64,000 nucleotides of DNA from Candidatus Kapaibacterium sp. (lineage in GTDB: Bacteria > Bacteroidota > Ignavibacteria > Kapaibacteriales > UBA2268): assembly GCA_963665665.1 (NCBI GenBank), contig OY762428.1, forward strand, positions 4,800,001 through 4,864,000. Direction: 5' to 3'. Below, in pieces: positions 60,107 to 64,000 of this stretch. A program made the translations under genes and the position numbers. The notes below the pieces were generated by a model. The model saw only the letters and a program-made list of their open reading frames with translations. It made no database searches and had not been told where the DNA came from. How positions within the stretch are numbered: position 1 is the first letter of the stretch; each line of letters starts with the position of its first letter.

Positions 60107-61723
60107 TTAAGCTTTTGGGAATTTACAGATAAAATTTGTTCCTTCGCCAAGTTTACTTTCACATCTAATATCGCAATTCATCAGCTCGCAGAGTTTTTTT
60201 ACTATCGAAAGTCCAAGTCCTGTTGAATTTTCTCCTGCTGTAGGCTGTGCACTAAGCCTGGAGAATTTTTTAAACAATTTTTTCTTATCTTCTTCACTAA
60301 TGCCCGGGCCTTCGTCGCGAACGGAAAAGATCACGTGGGTATCAGTATTTTCAAGTTGTATATATACTTTTTTTCCGAGCGGATTATATTTAATGGCATT
60401 GGAAATAAGGTTTTCCATTATCTGAGCGCTTGCGTTGCTGTCCTGGTAAACATAATATGGACCGTCGGAATTCGACAGAATAATATCAATATTTTTCTTT
60501 GCAGCGGATTTACGGAAAAATTTAACTTCTTCTTCAAGCAATTCATTAATATTGAACCTGTCCTTTTCAATTTTGATTTTTCCCTGGTCTATGGCATTTG
60601 TATCGAGCAGATTCTTAATAAGATTGAACATTTTTTTGGTTGAAGAAAGAATATCGCCAGTGAATTCCTTTATTTCTTCTTGGGTAAGTTCATCGCAATT
60701 ATTTAAATATTCGGCTATCATTTGTATTCCGCTAAGCGGATTTTTCAGGTCGTGAACAGCAATGCCAAGGATTTCGTTTTTTTCTTTATTCAGCTGTTTT
60801 AGTTCGCGGGTTCTTTCTTCCACTTCCTGTTCCAGTGTCAGGTTATATTCCCTGAGCAGGTTTTCTGCTTTTTTTCTGAATCCTATGTCCCGCGCCATAA
60901 TTGTGTAATAATTCTCTGATTCGGAAACTATTTTGCTGACTGAAAGTTCAGCAGGAAAGTTCTGGCCTATGCTGGTATATGCATCAACTTCTCTGTTCTT
61001 GAAAATTACAGTTGTTTCATCGTCATCAATATCATATTCTACAGATTTCTTCATTATTATTTCCCTTAATCCGGGAAAAAAATCAGAAATATTGTAGGCA
61101 ATTATATCATCGCTGATCAGCCCTAATAATTGCTCGGTGGCAGGATTAACAGTCTGGATATTACCCATATCATCAATGGTGATTATCGAATCGGCAGCAG
61201 ATGAAATAATGGAATGATTCAGGGCTTTGCTCATACTAAGGGAGTGGCGGGTTTTATTCAGGGCTTTAAGGCTGGACTTGACTTCATCGATTGTTTTCCT
61301 GGTTTTCTCGATAGTAATAGCCAGGTCTTCAAAATCTATCGGCTTTGTCAGGAAGTCGTAAGCACCTCTGTTCATGGCTGTCCTGATATTATCCATATCA
61401 CCGTAAGCAGAAACTATTATAGCTTTTAGCATTTTGTTCACGCTGCTAAGGTGATTTAAAAGTGTAAGGCCGTCCATTTTCGGCATATTAATATCCGAGA
61501 TGACAATATCGATATCAGGATTTTCTTTGAGTTTGCTAAGTGCATCAAAACCGTCTTCCGCAAAAACAAAATCGTATTTCCCCTTGCGGATCTGCTTCCT
61601 GAATTTCAACCGGACCATCCCCTCGACGTCAGGTTCATCATCAACCAATAATATTCTGGTAGCCCCGGAAATATCTGTTGGCATAGTATCGATCCTTTTA
61701 GTATTATGCTTTTCAATAATCAT
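60107..61723 (-). CDS. Hybrid REC-PAS-histidine kinase
   Basis: LLVDDEPD, SDINMP, PAS VNPATEQLLG, AVHDLKNPL, NLISNAIKY and GLGLSIV. Confidence 0.92.
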   Translation of the reverse strand: MIIEKHNTKRIDTMPTDISGATRILLVDDEPDVEGMVRLKFRKQIRKGKYDFVFAEDGFDALSKLKENPDIDIVISDINMPKMDGLTLLNHLSSVNKMLKAIIVSAYGDMDNIRTAMNRGAYDFLTKPIDFEDLAITIEKTRKTIDEVKSSLKALNKTRHSLSMSKALNHSIISSAADSIITIDDMGNIQTVNPATEQLLGLISDDIIAYNISDFFPGLREIIMKKSVEYDIDDDETTVIFKNREVDAYTSIGQNFPAELSVSKIVSESENYYTIMARDIGFRKKAENLLREYNLTLEQEVEERTRELKQLNKEKNEILGIAVHDLKNPLSGIQMIAEYLNNCDELTQEEIKEFTGDILSSTKKMFNLIKNLLDTNAIDQGKIKIEKDRFNINELLEEEVKFFRKSAAKKNIDIILSNSDGPYYVYQDSNASAQIMENLISNAIKYNPLGKKVYIQLENTDTHVIFSVRDEGPGISEEDKKKLFKKFSRLSAQPTAGENSTGLGLSIVKKLCELMNCDIRCESKLGEGTNFICKFPKA

Positions 61724-61725
61724 AT

Positions 61726-63015
61726 TTAATCTCTGCTGTAGTAATCATTTAAACTTTTGAACAGCGGTAATTTCACTTTAATGTTTGTGCCGCTGTTTAG
61801 CATACTTGTTAATCCAATACTTCCTTTAAGCTGTTCAACGCTTTTCTTAACAATGGAAAGCCCAAGTCCGGTACCCTGTGTTTTTCCAACATTGCCGGCC
61901 CTGTAGAAAGGCTGGAAAATTTTATTCATATCATTTTCTTTTATACCAATTCCATTATCGTTAATATCAAATATCAGGTGTTCATTATGAATTTTCAGGT
62001 TTACCTGAATTTCGCTGCCTTCAGGAGAATACTTAACTGCATTGGATATTAAATTGGAAAATATATACCTGAGCAGATTTGAATCGCTCAGATATTTCAA
62101 TGATTTGCAGGATAGTTCGGTTTTTATATCATGCTTATCCCTGTCGATTAGTTTGATTTCCTCAATAATTGTTTTCAGTACAAGGCATATATCCATTTCT
62201 TCCAGATTCAACCTTTCTTCGCCGCTGTCGATACTTGCCACTTTTACCACATCATCGAGCATTTCGGTCATCAGTTTTACCGCAGAATGAATTTTATTAA
62301 GATGATTATTTTGTTTATCATTGATTTGCCTGCCCAGGTTCATTCTCATCAGGTCGGCTGAAGTTTGAATAATTGTTAAAGGGTTCCGGTATTCATGGGA
62401 TACCATGGAAAGAAATCCTGATTTCATATCATTCAGGTCTTTTTCTTTTTTCAGGGCATCTTTCAGCTTTAGCTCTGCCTGCCTTGCAATCTCTTTAGAT
62501 AATTTGATATCGAAAGCATTTTTGGAAACGTTATTCAGCGAGTTTTCAAAATCATTGAAATTAATTGGTTTTGTGATATAATCCGATGCACCAAGGCTCA
62601 TGGCAGTCCTGACATTCGTCATATTTCCATAAGCGGTAATAATAATTGTTTTCATATCCGGATTAATTTCCTTTAGCTCTTTCAGGAGCGAGAATCCATC
62701 CATTCTTGGCATGTTAAGGTCAACCACAGCCACATCGATATTGGGTATTTCTCTGATTTTTTCAAGTGCATCCACACCGTCGCTGGCATAGATAAAATGA
62801 TAATCCCCGTTTTGAATCTGTTTTCTCATTCGGAGTTTAACGAGTCCTTCCACATCGGGTTCGTCATCAACTAATAATACTAAGGAAGCCATTTTTGCTT
62901 TTCCGTCTTTATTTGATATTTTTTGTTCCAAAATCAAATCACCTTTTACATTGCCGTCATTTATTATACGGCAATTTGATAATACATTTTGCATACTTTC
63001 CTTCTTCTGATTCAA
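61726..63015 (-). CDS. Hybrid REC-histidine kinase (true start probably 62937-62892)
   Basis: LLVDDEPD, VDLNMP, SHEYRNPL, NLISNAVKYS and GTGLGLSIV. Confidence 0.9.
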   Translation of the reverse strand: MNQKKESMQNVLSNCRIINDGNVKGDLILEQKISNKDGKAKMASLVLLVDDEPDVEGLVKLRMRKQIQNGDYHFIYASDGVDALEKIREIPNIDVAVVDLNMPRMDGFSLLKELKEINPDMKTIIITAYGNMTNVRTAMSLGASDYITKPINFNDFENSLNNVSKNAFDIKLSKEIARQAELKLKDALKKEKDLNDMKSGFLSMVSHEYRNPLTIIQTSADLMRMNLGRQINDKQNNHLNKIHSAVKLMTEMLDDVVKVASIDSGEERLNLEEMDICLVLKTIIEEIKLIDRDKHDIKTELSCKSLKYLSDSNLLRYIFSNLISNAVKYSPEGSEIQVNLKIHNEHLIFDINDNGIGIKENDMNKIFQPFYRAGNVGKTQGTGLGLSIVKKSVEQLKGSIGLTSMLNSGTNIKVKLPLFKSLNDYYSRD

Positions 63016-64000
63016 ACTTCATTTCGCCATTATGCCCGTTTCGTATAATATCATAGCTCAGGGATAGTCCCAGGCCTGTACCTTCGCCTGTTGGTTTGGT
63101 AGTGAAAAATGGATTCATCACCTTGTTAATAATATTTTTCGGAATCCCGTTACCGTTATCCCGAAAACCTATTTCAATATATCCGTTATTCAATTTTGTT
63201 GATACTTTCAGATCGGCCATGAAACCGTTTTTCTGCTCTTCGTTTTTTTTCATTGTGGAATAGCAGGCATTATCAACAATATTGGTTATTACTCTGCTAA
63301 TTTCCTGATGATTAAGTTCCAAAGGCGGATTTTCATCGCACAGCTCAAAGTTCAGGGCTGCCGTGAAATGTTTGTATTCCCCCCTGAAACCATGATAGGC
63401 AAGTTTTGTATATTCCTCGATGAAACTATTAATATTAACGGTTGTTTTTTCACCATTACCCGATCTGGCATGTTCCATCATTGAGCGGACAATACTGTCA
63501 ATTCTCTGACCATTCCTTTTTATCGTATCAAGGTGGCTTCTGACTTCATTGAATGTGCCGGCATAATAATTAAAATCATCCTCACCGATTTTATCCCTGA
63601 GTTCATCAAATTCCTCAGCGATCTCTTCCAGAAGTTCAGAAGTACCGTCGGAATAATTGGTAATAAAATTCAGGGGATTCTTTATCTCATGGGCTATTCC
63701 TGTAGTAAGCTGTCCGAGCGAAGCCATTTTTTCGGCCTGTATAAGCTGGTTTTGTGTTGTTTTCAGTTCTTCGTGCGAACGTATTATCTCATCGTATGAT
63801 TGAGCGTTGATAATTGCTATAGCAACGTAGGATGCAATATTTCTAAGCCAGTCAGTAATATTACTACTATATGCATTTTCTTCCTGGCTTTCTATTGATA
63901 TAACACCTATTGTCTGATCTTCGATGATTATTGGCAGATATATAGCAGACATGGAATTGAGTGTGATCGTTTCAACATTATCGTTGAAATATTCGGGATA
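62957..64000 (-). CDS. GAF-containing sensor histidine kinase, 5' end outside the window
   Basis: EKMASLGQLTTGIAHEIKNPLNF and FFTTKPTGEGTGLGL; frame open to base 64000. Confidence 0.92.
   Translation of the reverse strand, partial: YPEYFNDNVETITLNSMSAIYLPIIIEDQTIGVISIESQEENAYSSNITDWLRNIASYVAIAIINAQSYDEIIRSHEELKTTQNQLIQAEKMASLGQLTTGIAHEIKNPLNFITNYSDGTSELLEEIAEEFDELRDKIGEDDFNYYAGTFNEVRSHLDTIKRNGQRIDSIVRSMMEHARSGNGEKTTVNINSFIEEYTKLAYHGFRGEYKHFTAALNFELCDENPPLELNHQEISRVITNIVDNACYSTMKKNEEQKNGFMADLKVSTKLNNGYIEIGFRDNGNGIPKNIINKVMNPFFTTKPTGEGTGLGLSLSYDIIRNGHNGEMKFESEEGKYAKCIIKLPYNK

Noticed and set aside
59860-60162. 100-aa minus-strand ORF, or a known riboswitch (yybP-ykoY, cobalamin, NiCo), RNase P or SRP RNA
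   Set aside because: The ORF overlaps the kinase 3' end and runs through its terminator. Only fragmentary motif resemblance to those RNA families, with core consensus elements missing.

Overview
AT-rich bacterial chromosomal window, inferred to come from an Ignavibacteria/Kapabacteria-type member of the FCB group. Evidence: three proteins carry T9SS type-A-like C-terminal domains, TAnnTTTG promoter boxes recur, GGAG Shine-Dalgarno sites are frequent, and a che operon is present. Most of the window is housekeeping and signalling: ccmC-ccmD, an Rsb partner-switch trio, nnr-vanZ-tgt-yajC-ribBA-greA, an ECF sigma/anti-sigma/Spy-like trio, ALDH, GH57, deoC, DedA, cheA-W-R-B with a hybrid kinase and CheY-like regulator, lptB, HtrA, priA, folP, ruvC, yebC and three His kinases. 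The most unusual parts: (1) a self-contained sigma54 module at 23.0-27.4 kb, where a ZraS-like kinase and an NtrC-type activator accompany two small secreted Cys/His-rich 'FVDxxGDG' proteins, with a readable -24/-12 promoter, IHF-like site and twin enhancer palindromes; (2) a 1.75 kb mosaic of three 21-nt tandem arrays and several palindrome families at 17.0-18.7 kb; (3) a Schlafen/AlbA-HATPase-HTH gene with a 12-nt VNTR; (4) a CheA with two Hpt domains; (5) a T9SS protein with a near-identical 1035-bp internal duplication; (6) a GC-rich hairpin/poly-G intergenic element at 59.8-60.0 kb. No rRNA, tRNA, CRISPR array, transposase or reverse transcriptase was recognised. All calls come from motif recognition by eye; no database search was run.
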